DNA from: Gammaproteobacteria bacterium
Lineage (GTDB): Bacteria > Pseudomonadota > Gammaproteobacteria > Steroidobacterales > Rariloculaceae
DNA length: 36,861 nucleotides
Direction: 5' to 3'
NCBI GenBank assembly: GCA_036444815.1
Contig: JAZFPW010000150.1
Location: forward strand, 1 to 36,861
Part shown: positions 1 through 9,916 of the stretch, piece after piece
How the letters are laid out: each line of letters begins with the position of its first letter
How positions within the stretch are numbered: the stretch's first letter is position 1
Notes under the pieces: generated by a model
The model's input: only the letters and a program-made list of their open reading frames with translations
Databases searched by the model: none
What the model was told of the DNA's origin: nothing
Made by a program: the position numbers and the translations under genes

Positions 1-454
1 GATGCCCCTCGTTGAGGGTCCACGCCCGATAGAGCGCTTCGGCGAGAAGCACGCGGACCAGGCCGTGTGGGAACGTCAGTGGCGAGATCGACCACTGCTC
101 GGCCGCGCGCGCTTCGCACTCAGCCGAGAGGCCGTCGGGGCCCCCGACCAGCAGACAGACCGGAGCGCCCAGCGTCGTCCAGTGCCGTAGCTGCTCCGCC
201 AGTTGTTCCGTAGACCACGGCCGGCCGGCTAGCGTCAGCGCGATCACGTGGGCCGTCGGCGGGATCGCACGCAGCATGCGCTCGCCCTCGTCCTTCCGAG
301 CCTTCTGGTTCGAGGATGACTTGGACCGGCGCCCGAGCGGGATCTCGAGCAACTCCAGCGTACAACTACCCCGCAGGCGCCGAGCGTAGTCGCCGAATCC
401 TTCGTCGACCCAGGTGGGCTGTCGATTGCCGGCGGCGATCACGAGGATACGCAT
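1..454 (-). CDS. rlmH: 23S rRNA (pseudouridine1915-N3)-methyltransferase RlmH, C-terminus cut by window edge
   Basis: Not in the ORF track because it runs off the edge. My translation from ATG at 454-452 gives MRILVIAAGNRQPTWVDEGFGDYARRLRGSCTLELLEIP...LLVGGPDGLSAECEARAAEQWSISPLTFPHGLVRVLLAEALYRAWTLNEGH, typical SPOUT RlmH. It follows rsfS, as in E. coli. Confidence 0.88.
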   Translation of the reverse strand, partial: MRILVIAAGNRQPTWVDEGFGDYARRLRGSCTLELLEIPLGRRSKSSSNQKARKDEGERMLRAIPPTAHVIALTLAGRPWSTEQLAEQLRHWTTLGAPVCLLVGGPDGLSAECEARAAEQWSISPLTFPHGLVRVLLAEALYRAWTLNEGH

Positions 455-492
455 GATTGTCTAGATTCCAGGGGGCGCATTCCATGGCAACG

Positions 493-870
493 CTAGAGAG
501 ATTCTTCGGCGCCCTCGAGGTGATCGATATCCCAGAGTTTCTCCAGGTCGTAGAACTCCCTGACCTTCGGCTGCATCACGTGCACGACGACATCCCCAAG
601 GTCGACGAGTATCCACTGGCCGGCTTCCTGTCCCTCGATGCCAATCGGGCGATAGTGATTGTCCTTGCACCGCTCTACGAGCGAGGCTGCAACGGCGCGT
701 ACATGGCGAGCGGAGCGACCGTTCGCAATAATCATGACATCGGTGACAGAGGTGAGGTGCCTGACGTCCAGACACGTGACGGCCTCGGCTTTGAGATCGT
801 CGAGTACGCTAACGACGAGCTTGACGAGTGCTTCCTCGGGCCTCCGCTTCTTGTTAATTGTCTTCGACAT
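493..870 (-). CDS. rsfS: Ribosomal silencing factor RsfS (iojap family)
   Basis: 125 aa. The LDVRHLTSVTDVMIIANGRSARHVRAVA and WILVDLGDVVVHVMQPKVREFYDLEKLW motifs are typical of RsfS. Synteny is nadD-rsfS-rlmH. Confidence 0.93.
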   Translation of the reverse strand: MSKTINKKRRPEEALVKLVVSVLDDLKAEAVTCLDVRHLTSVTDVMIIANGRSARHVRAVAASLVERCKDNHYRPIGIEGQEAGQWILVDLGDVVVHVMQPKVREFYDLEKLWDIDHLEGAEESL

Positions 871-1510
871 AGCACCCCGACTCGATAATGATCCGCCTTA
901 CACTATTCGGCATCAGGAACTTGGGATCGACTCCGGCGTTCAGCGATGCTCTCAACTGTGTCGCCGAGATCTCAAGCTGCGTGACGGGCGTGACGAATAC
1001 GCGGCCACACATCGAGTCGTGCAGGCTCGCCACGTCATCGGTGCCGCGCTCGCGCAGCAATTCTCCGAGTGCCCCATCCTCGGGCACCCGCCATCCCGGT
1101 CTATGCGCGACGACAATGTGAGCGAGCGCCGTAATCTCTTCCCAGTGATACCAATCCGGAAGTCCCAGAAACGAATCCATGCCCATCAGCAGGCAGAGCG
1201 ACGCCGCGGGATACTCGCTTCGCAGGCTGCCGAGCGTATCGACTGAATAGGACGGGCCTTCCCGCTTGAATTCCCGGTCATCCACGACGAAGGACGACTG
1301 GTCGGCGACAGCCGCCCTTACCATGTCGAGCCTGGTGGACGCGCCCGCAACCGTTGCTGCATCACGGTGCGGCGGGTCTGCACAGGGAACGAAACAAACT
1401 TTCGTCAGGGACAAACGTTGCAGCACCTCGAGTGCTGTGCGCAGATGACCATAATGGATCGGGTCGAAGGTTCCGCCGAAGATTCCGATTGGACCCATAC
1501 GCGAATTCAA
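854..1510 (-). CDS. nadD: Nicotinate-nucleotide adenylyltransferase NadD
   Basis: GIFGGTFDPIHYGHL nucleotidyltransferase motif. The longest ORF starts with TTG at 1510. ATG at 1498 (MGPIGIFGG) is an equally plausible start. Overlaps the rsfS start by 17 bp. Confidence 0.92.
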   Translation of the reverse strand: MNSRMGPIGIFGGTFDPIHYGHLRTALEVLQRLSLTKVCFVPCADPPHRDAATVAGASTRLDMVRAAVADQSSFVVDDREFKREGPSYSVDTLGSLRSEYPAASLCLLMGMDSFLGLPDWYHWEEITALAHIVVAHRPGWRVPEDGALGELLRERGTDDVASLHDSMCGRVFVTPVTQLEISATQLRASLNAGVDPKFLMPNSVRRIIIESGCYVEDN

Positions 1511-1520
1511 TCACTCCCCG

Positions 1521-2552
1521 TCAAGCCGCGCGGCCGGGTTGCAGACGTTCTGAAACCAACATCGCGATGACGAGCTGCGTTAGCCCGTCCCAAGGCCGCC
1601 CCTTGCTGACACCTTTAATGACATGATCGACCTCCGCTGCTTGAGCCAGTAGGGCCGTGAGCTGGTGTAACCGAAATCGCTGCAACGCTTTTTTCACGAG
1701 CGGTTGGCGCTGAGACCATACATGCTGTCTCGACAACGCTCGATCTTCACTGTCGCCTTGCAGCGTCGCCGACCTCAACCGGGCCAGCAGACAGAGCTCT
1801 CGGCTCAACGCCCATAATACCAGAGCGGGCGCAACGCCCTCCGCCCGCAGGCCGCTCAGCACCGCGAGGGAACGATTCGAGTTACCGGCCAGTATCGCGT
1901 CGGTGAGCCTGAACACATCGAAGCGCGTATTGCTGGCGACGGCCTCCAGCACCATCTGCTCGTCCACGTCGCCCTCGCCCAGCAGGAGCGCTAGTTTCTG
2001 GATCTCCTGGTCGGCGGCCAATAGGTTACCCTCGACTCGATCCGCCAGAAGTTCCGCGGCACTAGTTGACAGTCTCAGTCGGATACGACCGGCACGTTCC
2101 CGTATCCACGTCGGCAGCTCGGGCCGCTCGATCGGCCAGGCCCGCACGACGATCCCGTGCTTGTCGATCGTCTTCACCCAGACGCTCTTCGCGGCCGCCG
2201 AGTCGAGTTTGGTCGTAGCGATCAGCAGCAGACGATCGGGGTCGGGCCTCTCGACCATGGAGCGAATGATTCGCCCGCCGGCCTCACCGGGACGCGGACT
2301 CGCAAGCCGCAGCTCCACGATGCGGCGCGTTGCGAACAACGACAGATTGTCCACATCGCCTTCGAGTTCTGCCCACTTGAAGCCGCGTTCGACAACGACT
2401 AGATCCCTGTGTTCGAAGCCGTCCTGACGAGCGCGCGTCCGTATCGATTCGAGGGCCTCCGCCACTACTAACGGCTCGTCACCGGCGACGAGATACACGG
2501 GCGCGAGGGAATTCGTCAGGTGGGCTGCAAGTTGACGTGCGGCGAGCTTCAC
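1521..2552 (-). CDS. holA: DNA polymerase III delta subunit HolA
   Basis: 343 aa with a GTG start. The length and layout resemble E. coli HolA (LAPVYLVAGDEPLV near the N-terminus). It sits directly upstream of nadD, as in E. coli. Confidence 0.88.
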   Translation of the reverse strand: MKLAARQLAAHLTNSLAPVYLVAGDEPLVVAEALESIRTRARQDGFEHRDLVVVERGFKWAELEGDVDNLSLFATRRIVELRLASPRPGEAGGRIIRSMVERPDPDRLLLIATTKLDSAAAKSVWVKTIDKHGIVVRAWPIERPELPTWIRERAGRIRLRLSTSAAELLADRVEGNLLAADQEIQKLALLLGEGDVDEQMVLEAVASNTRFDVFRLTDAILAGNSNRSLAVLSGLRAEGVAPALVLWALSRELCLLARLRSATLQGDSEDRALSRQHVWSQRQPLVKKALQRFRLHQLTALLAQAAEVDHVIKGVSKGRPWDGLTQLVIAMLVSERLQPGRAA

Positions 2553-2561
2553 CGGCGACTC

Positions 2562-2828
2562 TTAAGACGCATCGAGCTGTGACAGAGAGATTCCCCGTTC
2601 TTCCAACAACACCGGGATTCCGTCCACGACGGGATACGCGATCTGGCCGTCGTCCGTGACGAGTGCTTCCTGGAGTTCCTCCGTCACGACGGTGTCATCT
2701 CGATCTCTGATCTTCTGCTCCTGGATCAAGCCATTCAACTTCGCCAGCGTAGCGGTCGACAGGGCTGACATCGGCAAGCGGGTCGCCGGGCAACAGATAA
2801 TGTCAAGCAATTTCTTATCGAAGCTCAC
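2562..2828 (-). CDS. Trm112/YcaR-family small protein (UPF0434-like), divergent
   Basis: 88 aa with a GTG start. The N-terminal LLDIICCP and C-terminal AYPVVDGIPVLLEERG match the two conserved Trm112/YcaR segments (E. coli YcaR: LLEIIACPVC ... AFPLRDGIPVLLE). They are separated by an insertion of about 30 aa. The CPxC motif is degenerate (CCPATR). Confidence 0.6.
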   Translation of the reverse strand: MSFDKKLLDIICCPATRLPMSALSTATLAKLNGLIQEQKIRDRDDTVVTEELQEALVTDDGQIAYPVVDGIPVLLEERGISLSQLDAS

Positions 2829-2837
2829 AACGAACCC

Positions 2838-3107
2838 CTATTCCAGCATACCGCTCTGGCGACGGTCAGATCGACTCGTCGGGACCGGGTCATAACCGAA
2901 CGTCGCCCACGGATGACAACGCGCGAGGCGCTTCATCGTCAGCCAGCCGCCATGCAGTGCGCCATGCGACCGGAGCGCTTCGACGGCATACTCGGAGCAA
3001 CTCGGCGTATACCTGCAACGCGCGCCCAACCACGGCGAGAGTAGATACTGATACGCTCGGATCAGACCGATCGCGACGCGCGCGAATATCTTCGATAACA
3101 TGCTCAT
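2838..3107 (-). CDS. yidD: Membrane protein insertion efficiency factor YidD
   Basis: 89 aa. [33 protein letters not shown]...G..L...RL.RCHPW is the canonical YidD signature. Confidence 0.9.
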   Translation of the reverse strand: MSMLSKIFARVAIGLIRAYQYLLSPWLGARCRYTPSCSEYAVEALRSHGALHGGWLTMKRLARCHPWATFGYDPVPTSRSDRRQSGMLE

Positions 3108-3110
3108 GCC

Positions 3111-4499
3111 TTAGCGTGCCCGCCGCCAGCGAGGGCCTTCCGGGCTATCCTCTATCACAATGCTTGCTTTCTCAAGCTCATCCCTGATTCGATCCGCAGC
3201 GGCGAAATCTCGCTCCTGTCGAAGCCGCTCGCGCCGGCTCACGAGGTCATCGATCTCCGCGGCTTCGAGCGCTCCGGACGCCCCGGTATCGATAAACCAG
3301 GCCTCGGGATCTGCCTGCAGTAATCCCAACAGGCCCGCGCCCGCGCGTAACGCCGTCGCCAGCCCCAAACGTCGCTTGGGGTCTGTCTCCCGATTCGTCT
3401 CTCGCGCTAGATCGAACAGCGCCCCCAGCGCCCGCGGCGTGTTGAGGTCGTCATCCAGCGCGTCGACGACCGACGCCGGCGGCGGTTCATCGGGATCATC
3501 CGGTTGCGAACCGCTGACGCCGGCCGTCCGCAGCGCACCGTACATTCTGTCGAGCTTTTGCCGGGCTTCGCTAAGGACGCCGTCGGTCCAATCCAACGGC
3601 TGCCGGTAGTGGGCCGTCAGGAGTCCTAGCCGAACGGCTTCCGGCGGCGCATCTCTGAGCAGATCCCGGAGCAGAACCACGTTGCCGACGGACTTCGACA
3701 TTTTCTCGCTCTCGACGTGAACGAGCCCATTGTGAATCCAATAGCGGCAGAACAGGCGGCCCTGATGGACGCAGGTGCTCTGTGCCGTCTCGTTCTCGTG
3801 GTGAGGGAACACCAGATCCTGACCGCCGCCATGGATGTCGATCGTCTCGCCGAGATGAGCCTCCGCCATCGCCGAACACTCGACGTGCCAGCCTGGCCGG
3901 CCCCGCCCCCAGGGGCTGTCCCAGCCCACGACGTCCTCCGCAGACGGCTTCCACAACACGAAATCCGCCGGGTCCCGCTTGTAAGTCGCGACCTCGACGC
4001 GTGCCCCGGCGATCATTTCGTCCAGAACCCGCCCGGACAGATGGCCGTACCGAGGGAAACTGGCGACCGAGAACAGGACGTGGTCCTCCGCCTCGTACCC
4101 ATTACCCGCTGCCACCAATCGCTCGATCAGGTTGACGATCTGTGGGATGTGTTCGGTTACGCGAGGTGCCAGGTCCGGCGGCTGCACGCCGAGCAGCGCC
4201 ATGTCCTCGAGATAGGCCGCGAGATAACGCTCGGTCAACACGCCGATCTCGATGTTCTGATCCTTGGCGGCCGCATTGATCCTGTCGTCGACGTCCGTGA
4301 CGTTACGAGCGTATACCAGTCGATAGGATCGGCGTAGAACACGGGCGAGGACGTCGAAGACTACCGGCGGCCTGGCATTACCGATGTGGGAAAAGCTGTA
4401 CACCGTGGGGCCGCAGACATACATCGTCACGCGCTGCGGGTCGGCCGGCTCGAACAGTTCCCGGGTGCGGCTCAACGTGTTGTGGAGGTACAGGGCCAT
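3111..4499 (-). CDS. cysS: Cysteine--tRNA ligase
   Basis: 462 aa. Class I HIGH-type motif ([10 protein letters not shown]), the KMSKS motif, and [19 protein letters not shown] typical of CysRS. Confidence 0.96.
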   Translation of the reverse strand: MALYLHNTLSRTRELFEPADPQRVTMYVCGPTVYSFSHIGNARPPVVFDVLARVLRRSYRLVYARNVTDVDDRINAAAKDQNIEIGVLTERYLAAYLEDMALLGVQPPDLAPRVTEHIPQIVNLIERLVAAGNGYEAEDHVLFSVASFPRYGHLSGRVLDEMIAGARVEVATYKRDPADFVLWKPSAEDVVGWDSPWGRGRPGWHVECSAMAEAHLGETIDIHGGGQDLVFPHHENETAQSTCVHQGRLFCRYWIHNGLVHVESEKMSKSVGNVVLLRDLLRDAPPEAVRLGLLTAHYRQPLDWTDGVLSEARQKLDRMYGALRTAGVSGSQPDDPDEPPPASVVDALDDDLNTPRALGALFDLARETNRETDPKRRLGLATALRAGAGLLGLLQADPEAWFIDTGASGALEAAEIDDLVSRRERLRQERDFAAADRIRDELEKASIVIEDSPEGPRWRRAR

Positions 4500-4586
4500 T
4501 CGACTGTGTGGTGCCGCGCTTCTCGATCTACCGACGGATCGGCCTATGATAGCAACGCAGAGCGATTCAGCAGAGCCCGTCTAGCT

Positions 4587-4592
4587 TATAAT
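4587..4592 (+). promoter_or_regulatory. Perfect TATAAT hexamer, candidate -10 for hisI
   Basis: TATAAT lies 31 bp upstream of the hisI ATG, in the cysS/hisI divergent spacer. There is only a weak -35 (TTCAGC, 15-bp spacing) and no clear SD before hisI. Confidence 0.25.
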
Positions 4593-4622
4593 CTCCTGCC
4601 CGTAGAACCGGATCTACCTGCC

Positions 4623-5093
4623 ATGAGTCAAGAATTCGCCCCCAGAACCAGTGTGGAGCAGGTCGAGGAAGGGACGGCGCTAGCGCCAGGATTCGACGCG
4701 GACGGCCTGATTCCCGCCGTCACCACAGACTATCACTCCGGGGAACTGCTAATGCATGCGTACATGAACGCAGAGGCCTTGCAGAAGACCATGCAGACCG
4801 GCGAAGCCCACTACTACAGCAGGAGTCGCGGCGAGTTGTGGCACAAAGGAGCCACGAGTGGACTCGTGCAGACCGTGAAGGAACTGATGATCGACGATGA
4901 TCAGGACTGTGTCTGGTTGAAGGTCGAGGTCGCCGGCGGCGCGAGTTGTCATGTGGGATACCGGTCCTGCTTCTATCGCCGCATCCCGATCGATGCTAGC
5001 GGAACGACTCAGCCGCTCGAATATACCGATAGTGAGAAGGTATTCGATCCGCGGGCCGTCTATGGGGACGCGCCCAATCCGACCAAACTATAA
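4623..5093 (+). CDS. hisI: Phosphoribosyl-AMP cyclohydrolase HisI (monofunctional, standalone)
   Basis: [52 protein letters not shown]...[27 protein letters not shown] is a HisI signature. I chose ATG at 4623. The longer track ORF from 4386 would overlap the cysS 5' end. Confidence 0.88.
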   Translation: MSQEFAPRTSVEQVEEGTALAPGFDADGLIPAVTTDYHSGELLMHAYMNAEALQKTMQTGEAHYYSRSRGELWHKGATSGLVQTVKELMIDDDQDCVWLKVEVAGGASCHVGYRSCFYRRIPIDASGTTQPLEYTDSEKVFDPRAVYGDAPNPTKL

Positions 5094-5116
5094 GAATCGT
5101 GACGAGACGGTCGTGC

Positions 5117-5647
5117 CTACTGGACGGCCACGACGCGTCCCCGGTCCGCTTCGATGCGCCGCAAAACCTGCCGCACCAGATCCTGAGCCAGGGCCCGACG
5201 CAGCTCTGCCTCTTCGGCGCTCTTGCCCAGTACGAGCGTCTCGTCGTAGGTATAGCTGCGCGTCGCGACGATAGACTCTGCCGGGAGCAGACTCTCGCCG
5301 TCGGCTTCCAACGAGAAGGTGACGGAATAGTACACCTCGTATTCTCGCGGAATATTGCGAGCGGAGACGGAGAGCATCCGCTGGCCAGAACTATCTTCCA
5401 GAATTCTCAGTACTGCGTCGGCTTCCTGTCGAGACTCAACGACCCGTGCGCCCCGTGCCCTGAGCCCTTCCCTTAGGCGGCCGTAGAACTCCGTGTGCGG
5501 GTTCGCAGCGTCGAGATAAGTCACTGTCGCCGCCGCAGGCAACGTCCCCGTGCCCTCGAGATGGAAGCCGCAGCCGCCCAGGCTGACCGCGCTCAACAGG
5601 GCGGACCCGAGAGCTACGAGGAAGCACTGCCGCTGCGAGGCGCTCAT
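5117..5647 (-). CDS. lptE: LPS-assembly lipoprotein LptE
   Basis: 176 aa. Signal peptide plus lipobox (LSAVSLGGC), followed by GFHLEG as in LptE/RlpB. It neighbours leuS. Confidence 0.85.
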   Translation of the reverse strand: MSASQRQCFLVALGSALLSAVSLGGCGFHLEGTGTLPAAATVTYLDAANPHTEFYGRLREGLRARGARVVESRQEADAVLRILEDSSGQRMLSVSARNIPREYEVYYSVTFSLEADGESLLPAESIVATRSYTYDETLVLGKSAEEAELRRALAQDLVRQVLRRIEADRGRVVAVQ

Positions 5648-5780
5648 CTCAGCGGAACCGGGGCTGCGTTGCTATACATCAGGTGCTTGATTCTAACCGG
5701 TTTTACAAAGATCATCCGACACCATCTCGCGCCTCTAACGAGCGTCGCCGAAGCGTGGGCGCGAATTTCCACCGGCCCGA

Positions 5781-5807
5781 GGACAGCAAGGACAGCAAGG
5801 ACAGCAG
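5781..5807 (+). repeat. 9-bp tandem repeat GGACAGCA(A/G) x3 in the leuS 5' leader
   Basis: Read directly as ggacagcaa ggacagcaa ggacagcag, followed by aggacg ATG. This creates three evenly spaced SD-like AAGGA/AGAGGA motifs. Confidence 0.85.
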
Positions 5808-5813
5808 AGGACG

Positions 5814-8429
5814 ATGGCAGGATATCCGTTCAAGGAGATCGAGCCGAAGTGGCAACGCTACTGGGAGCTTAACAAGACCTTCAGGACTCCAGCGGAGGTC
5901 GATCGGTCTCGCCCGAAATTTTATGCGCTGGATATGTTCCCGTATCCCAGCGGCGACGGGCTGCACGTCGGACATCCCGAAGGCTACACCGCGTCCGACA
6001 TCGTCTCTCGCTACAAGCGAATGCGGGGGTTCAACGTGCTGCATCCGATGGGTTGGGACGCGTTCGGCCTGCCGGCAGAACAGTACGCGCTCAAGACCGG
6101 CACGCACCCGATGCACACGACCGAGCAGAATATCTCCCGCTTTCGTGCGCAGCTGAAATCGCTCGGGTTCTCCTACGATTGGGACCGGGAGGTGAACACG
6201 ACCGACCCGAGCTACTACAAATGGACGCAATGGATCTTCAAGCAGCTCTACGACCGCGGCCTGGCGTATCAGGAGGAGTTACCGGTCTGGTGGTGCCCGG
6301 AACTGGGCACGACGCTCGCGAACGAAGAAGTCGTCGATGGCCTATCGGAGGTCGGCGGGTTCGACTGCGTTCGACGCCCGCTGCGTCAATGGGTGCTCGG
6401 AATCACCGAATACGCCGACGACCTATTGGGCGGCCTCGACGGGCTGGACTGGCCGGAGAGTACGAAGGAGATGCAGCGTAACTGGATCGGTCGCAGCGAA
6501 GGCGCGGAGATCGACTTCCAGATCGGCGGAGAATCGCGTGGTTCGATTCGGGTGTTCACGACGCGCCCCGACACGCTGTTCGGGGCCACCTATATGGTCC
6601 TCTCCCCGGAACATCCACTCGTCGGCGCCCTGACCGGCGACGCCGAAAGAACCATCGTCGAGCACTACCAGCAGGAGGCCGCGCGAAAGAGCGACTTCGA
6701 ACGCGCCGAGCTGCAGAAAGACAAGACCGGCGTGTTCACGGGTGGCTACGCGGTCAACCCCGCCAACGGCGAGCCGATACCGGTATGGATCGCCGACTAT
6801 GTGCTCGCGAGCTATGGGACCGGTGCGATCATGGCCGTGCCCGGTCAAGATCAACGAGATTGGGATTTCGCCAAGACGTTCGACTTGCCAATCGTTCGCA
6901 CGGTCCAGCCGCCCGACGAGTTCGACGGCGAGGCCTATCTCGGCGACGGCCAGGTGGTCAACAGCGGCTTCCTGGACGGTCTGACCACGGGCGAGGCCAA
7001 AGCCAAGACAATCGCGTGGCTCGAAACGGAAGGTCACGGGACGGCGAAGGTCAACTACAAATTGCGCGACTGGCTCTTCTCCCGTCAGCGTTACTGGGGC
7101 GAGCCTTTCCCTATCATCTTCGTCGACGGCATGCCGAAGACGGTACCTGACGAGGCGCTGCCGGTCACGCTGCCGGACCTTGAGGAATTCAAGCCGAGTG
7201 GCTCCCCCGAGGGCCCATTGGCTGCGGCGAAGGAGTGGCTGGAGACGTCGGACCCCGAGACCGGTCGGCCCGCGCGTCGGGAAACCAACACGATGCCCCA
7301 GTGGGCGGGCTCCTGTTGGTACTACCTGCGCTATCTCGATCCCGACAACGACCAACAACTCGTCGCCGAAGATCAGGCACGCTACTGGCTGCCGATCGAT
7401 CTCTATGTCGGCGGCGCCGAACACGCCGTCCTTCATCTCCTCTACGCACGTTTCTGGCACAAAGTGCTGTATGACGCCGGTATCGTGCCCACGCCCGAGC
7501 CATTCAAAAAGCTTGTACACCAGGGCATGATTCTCGGCGAACTCGAATACACAAAATTCGTCGACGCCGAAGGCCAGACCGTATCCGCCGAACACGTTCG
7601 CTCCGGCAAGGATCTTCGCTCGGGGCGGGAGCTGCGTGACGAGACCGTTGCTCCGGAGGCCGTCACGAAACGCGGCGATCACTTCGTGCTGATCGACGAC
7701 GAGACGATCCGCGTGGACGCGAGAGCCCATAAGATGAGCAAGAGCCGCGGCAACGTCGTAGCGCCGGACGAAGTCGTCGCAGCGCACGGCGCGGACGCCT
7801 TCCGACTGTACGAAATGTTCATGGGACCGTTGGAGCAAGTGAAACCCTGGAACACTCGCGGCGTTGAGGGTACCCATCGGTTTCTGAACAGAGTCTGGCG
7901 CCTGATCGCAGCAACGGATGGCGGCGGGCTGAATCAGACCGTACAAGACTCGCCGCCGTCGCCCGAACAACTGCATTCCCTGCACCAGACCATCGCGAAG
8001 GTCACGGAAGACATAGAGAACCTGCGATTCAATACAGCGATAGCGGCGTTGATGGAATTCACCAACACCGCGACCAAATGGCCGGTGTTGCCGCGCGACG
8101 TCGTGGAACCATTCGTGTTGATCCTGGCGCCGCTCGCACCGCACATCGCCGAGGAGCTCTGGGAACGGTTAGGCCACGAGGAATCCTTGGCCTACGCGGC
8201 GTGGCCCGAGTTCGATGCCGAGCTTATGAAGACTGAGACGATCGTGGTCCCGGTTCAGGTCAACGGCAAGATTCGCGGCCGCATCGAGATACCCGCGGAC
8301 GCGACGGAAGACCTGGTCCTGAAGCTAGCCCGGGAAGACGGCAATGTGTCCCGCTATCTGCAAGGCAAACGAGTTGTACGGGCGATCTATGTCCCGGAGC
8401 GAATCGTGAATTTCGTAATCGCTAACTGA
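5814..8429 (+). CDS. leuS: Leucine--tRNA ligase
   Basis: 871 aa. [18 protein letters not shown] (HIGH region), KMSKSRGN, and the bacterial LeuRS layout. Confidence 0.97.
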   Translation: MAGYPFKEIEPKWQRYWELNKTFRTPAEVDRSRPKFYALDMFPYPSGDGLHVGHPEGYTASDIVSRYKRMRGFNVLHPMGWDAFGLPAEQYALKTGTHPMHTTEQNISRFRAQLKSLGFSYDWDREVNTTDPSYYKWTQWIFKQLYDRGLAYQEELPVWWCPELGTTLANEEVVDGLSEVGGFDCVRRPLRQWVLGITEYADDLLGGLDGLDWPESTKEMQRNWIGRSEGAEIDFQIGGESRGSIRVFTTRPDTLFGATYMVLSPEHPLVGALTGDAERTIVEHYQQEAARKSDFERAELQKDKTGVFTGGYAVNPANGEPIPVWIADYVLASYGTGAIMAVPGQDQRDWDFAKTFDLPIVRTVQPPDEFDGEAYLGDGQVVNSGFLDGLTTGEAKAKTIAWLETEGHGTAKVNYKLRDWLFSRQRYWGEPFPIIFVDGMPKTVPDEALPVTLPDLEEFKPSGSPEGPLAAAKEWLETSDPETGRPARRETNTMPQWAGSCWYYLRYLDPDNDQQLVAEDQARYWLPIDLYVGGAEHAVLHLLYARFWHKVLYDAGIVPTPEPFKKLVHQGMILGELEYTKFVDAEGQTVSAEHVRSGKDLRSGRELRDETVAPEAVTKRGDHFVLIDDETIRVDARAHKMSKSRGNVVAPDEVVAAHGADAFRLYEMFMGPLEQVKPWNTRGVEGTHRFLNRVWRLIAATDGGGLNQTVQDSPPSPEQLHSLHQTIAKVTEDIENLRFNTAIAALMEFTNTATKWPVLPRDVVEPFVLILAPLAPHIAEELWERLGHEESLAYAAWPEFDAELMKTETIVVPVQVNGKIRGRIEIPADATEDLVLKLAREDGNVSRYLQGKRVVRAIYVPERIVNFVIAN

Positions 8430-9880
8430 GACAGCAATACGACCAGCGCGCCGATTACCACTCCATAGTTTCCCCAACGCACATAGGGTGTCGCGCCCGT
8501 GAACCCCTGGACGGCCCCTTTCAGAACATGTGGCTCGAACTGCGGAGATCGTGCTACGACACCGCCCCGAGCGTCGATTATTGCCGATACGCCCGTGTTC
8601 GTCGCACGCAGAAGATATCGCCCAACCTCGGCCGCTCTGACTCTCGCGATCTGCAGATGCTGGTGCGGGGCGATAGTATCGCCGAACCACGCATCGTTGC
8701 TGACGTTGACGAGCAGGGTCGCCTCGGGAAAATAATGCAGCTGCTCCGCCCCGAACACGTCCTCGTAGCAGATCGTTACCGCGATCTTCTCTCCGGCGAC
8801 GTCGAGAGGGGGCTGCCCCGCTTCTCCGCGTACGGCATCGGTGTATGGCAAGCTCATCAGCCTCAGCCAGCTGCGGACGAAGCCGGGGACCGGAAAGTAC
8901 TCCCCGTAGGGGACCAGGTGACGCTTGACGTAGAACGTCGACGGATCGCCTAGGGCTACCAACGCATTCTGGAACGTCTCACCTTCAGGATCCGCCCTCA
9001 AGATCCCGAGCATCACGGTTCCCCCGTGCTGTTGTGCCCAGCGCTCGGTCTCAGACAGATAGTCGACGACCCGCTGATACAGGGCTGGGATCGCGGCCTC
9101 CGGCCAAACGATCAAGCTGCTGCCTTGACTCTCGTAGGTCAGGTCGCGGTACAGATCGAGCGTCGGCACGAACTGGCTCGGTTGCCACTTGATGTCCTGA
9201 GGCACGGCGCCTTGCACGAGTGCTACCGTCAGCACGGTTCCGCTCGGTTGGGTCCAACGCGCCCCGCTGGCCAGGTACGCCCCGGCCCATAACGCCAGCA
9301 GCAGAACACCGGCGACGACGCGCATCCTCATCGCACCCAGACCAAACGTCACCAGAGCGCCGGCGGTCGCTAGCACAGCCCAACTCATTAAATGGACTCC
9401 GCCGATCGCAGCGTACCCCATAAGCCAGGAATCGGTCTGACTGTATCCGGCGGCCAACCAGCCGAGACCGCTGAGGAACCAACCGCGCCACCATTCCGTC
9501 AGTACCCACAGGGCCGGGAAGACGACGAGCCACGCGCGCGGTCCGTCGGTCGTAAACCATCGCGCCGCCACCCATCCGGCGATCGCAACGAAAACCGCGA
9601 GCACGGCGACGAGCGAAATGGTCAAGAACGCGGCGAGGACAGCGGGCGCGGGGCCGAAGTCGTGGATGCTGACGTATACCCAGTGAACTCCGGCAAGAAA
9701 ACTCGCCGCGCCGAATGCAAGGCCCAAGCTGAATGCGCGCCCGGGAGTCGCCCCGCGCCACGCGACCATCAGCACACCGAAACTGATCGGCGCAACCCAG
9801 AACAGATCGAACGGCGCGTAGGAGAATGTCAGCAGGCCGCCCGCGGCCGCGACGAGCAGGAAGTTCAGCTTAGCCGGCAT
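8387..9880 (-). CDS. lnt: Apolipoprotein N-acyltransferase Lnt
   Basis: 497 aa. Multi-TM N-terminal half and a C-terminal CN-hydrolase domain ([15 protein letters not shown]). Synteny is corC-lnt. The last 14 codons overlap the leuS 3' end on the opposite strand. Confidence 0.92.
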   Translation of the reverse strand: MPAKLNFLLVAAAGGLLTFSYAPFDLFWVAPISFGVLMVAWRGATPGRAFSLGLAFGAASFLAGVHWVYVSIHDFGPAPAVLAAFLTISLVAVLAVFVAIAGWVAARWFTTDGPRAWLVVFPALWVLTEWWRGWFLSGLGWLAAGYSQTDSWLMGYAAIGGVHLMSWAVLATAGALVTFGLGAMRMRVVAGVLLLALWAGAYLASGARWTQPSGTVLTVALVQGAVPQDIKWQPSQFVPTLDLYRDLTYESQGSSLIVWPEAAIPALYQRVVDYLSETERWAQQHGGTVMLGILRADPEGETFQNALVALGDPSTFYVKRHLVPYGEYFPVPGFVRSWLRLMSLPYTDAVRGEAGQPPLDVAGEKIAVTICYEDVFGAEQLHYFPEATLLVNVSNDAWFGDTIAPHQHLQIARVRAAEVGRYLLRATNTGVSAIIDARGGVVARSPQFEPHVLKGAVQGFTGATPYVRWGNYGVVIGALVVLLSQLAITKFTIRSGT

Positions 9881-9916
9881 GGCGCATCAGGGTGAAGCCG
9901 ATAAGACGGAGCGGTG

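Noticed and set aside
4386-4622. N-terminal extension of the hisI ORF (79 extra codons) overlapping the cysS 5' end.
   Set aside because: The extension has no similarity to HisI and overlaps cysS on the other strand. The conserved HisI domain begins shortly after the ATG at 4623.
5712-6230. 172-aa minus-strand ORF spanning the leuS leader and 5' end.
   Set aside because: It is antisense to leuS with an Arg-rich translation. It partly reflects the 9-bp tandem repeat (LSLLSLLS).
6423-8144. 573-aa ORF on the minus strand, antisense to leuS.
   Set aside because: It lies entirely within the leuS coding region. The sequence is Arg/Gly/Pro-rich with no recognisable motifs. Long antisense ORFs are an expected artefact of high GC content, because few stop codons occur on the opposite strand.
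9051-9761. 236-aa alternative-frame ORF within lnt, and a 233-aa alternative-frame ORF within miaB (12455-13156).
   Set aside because: They are same-strand out-of-frame ORFs with Arg/Pro/Gly-rich translations typical of off-frame reading in GC-rich genes.
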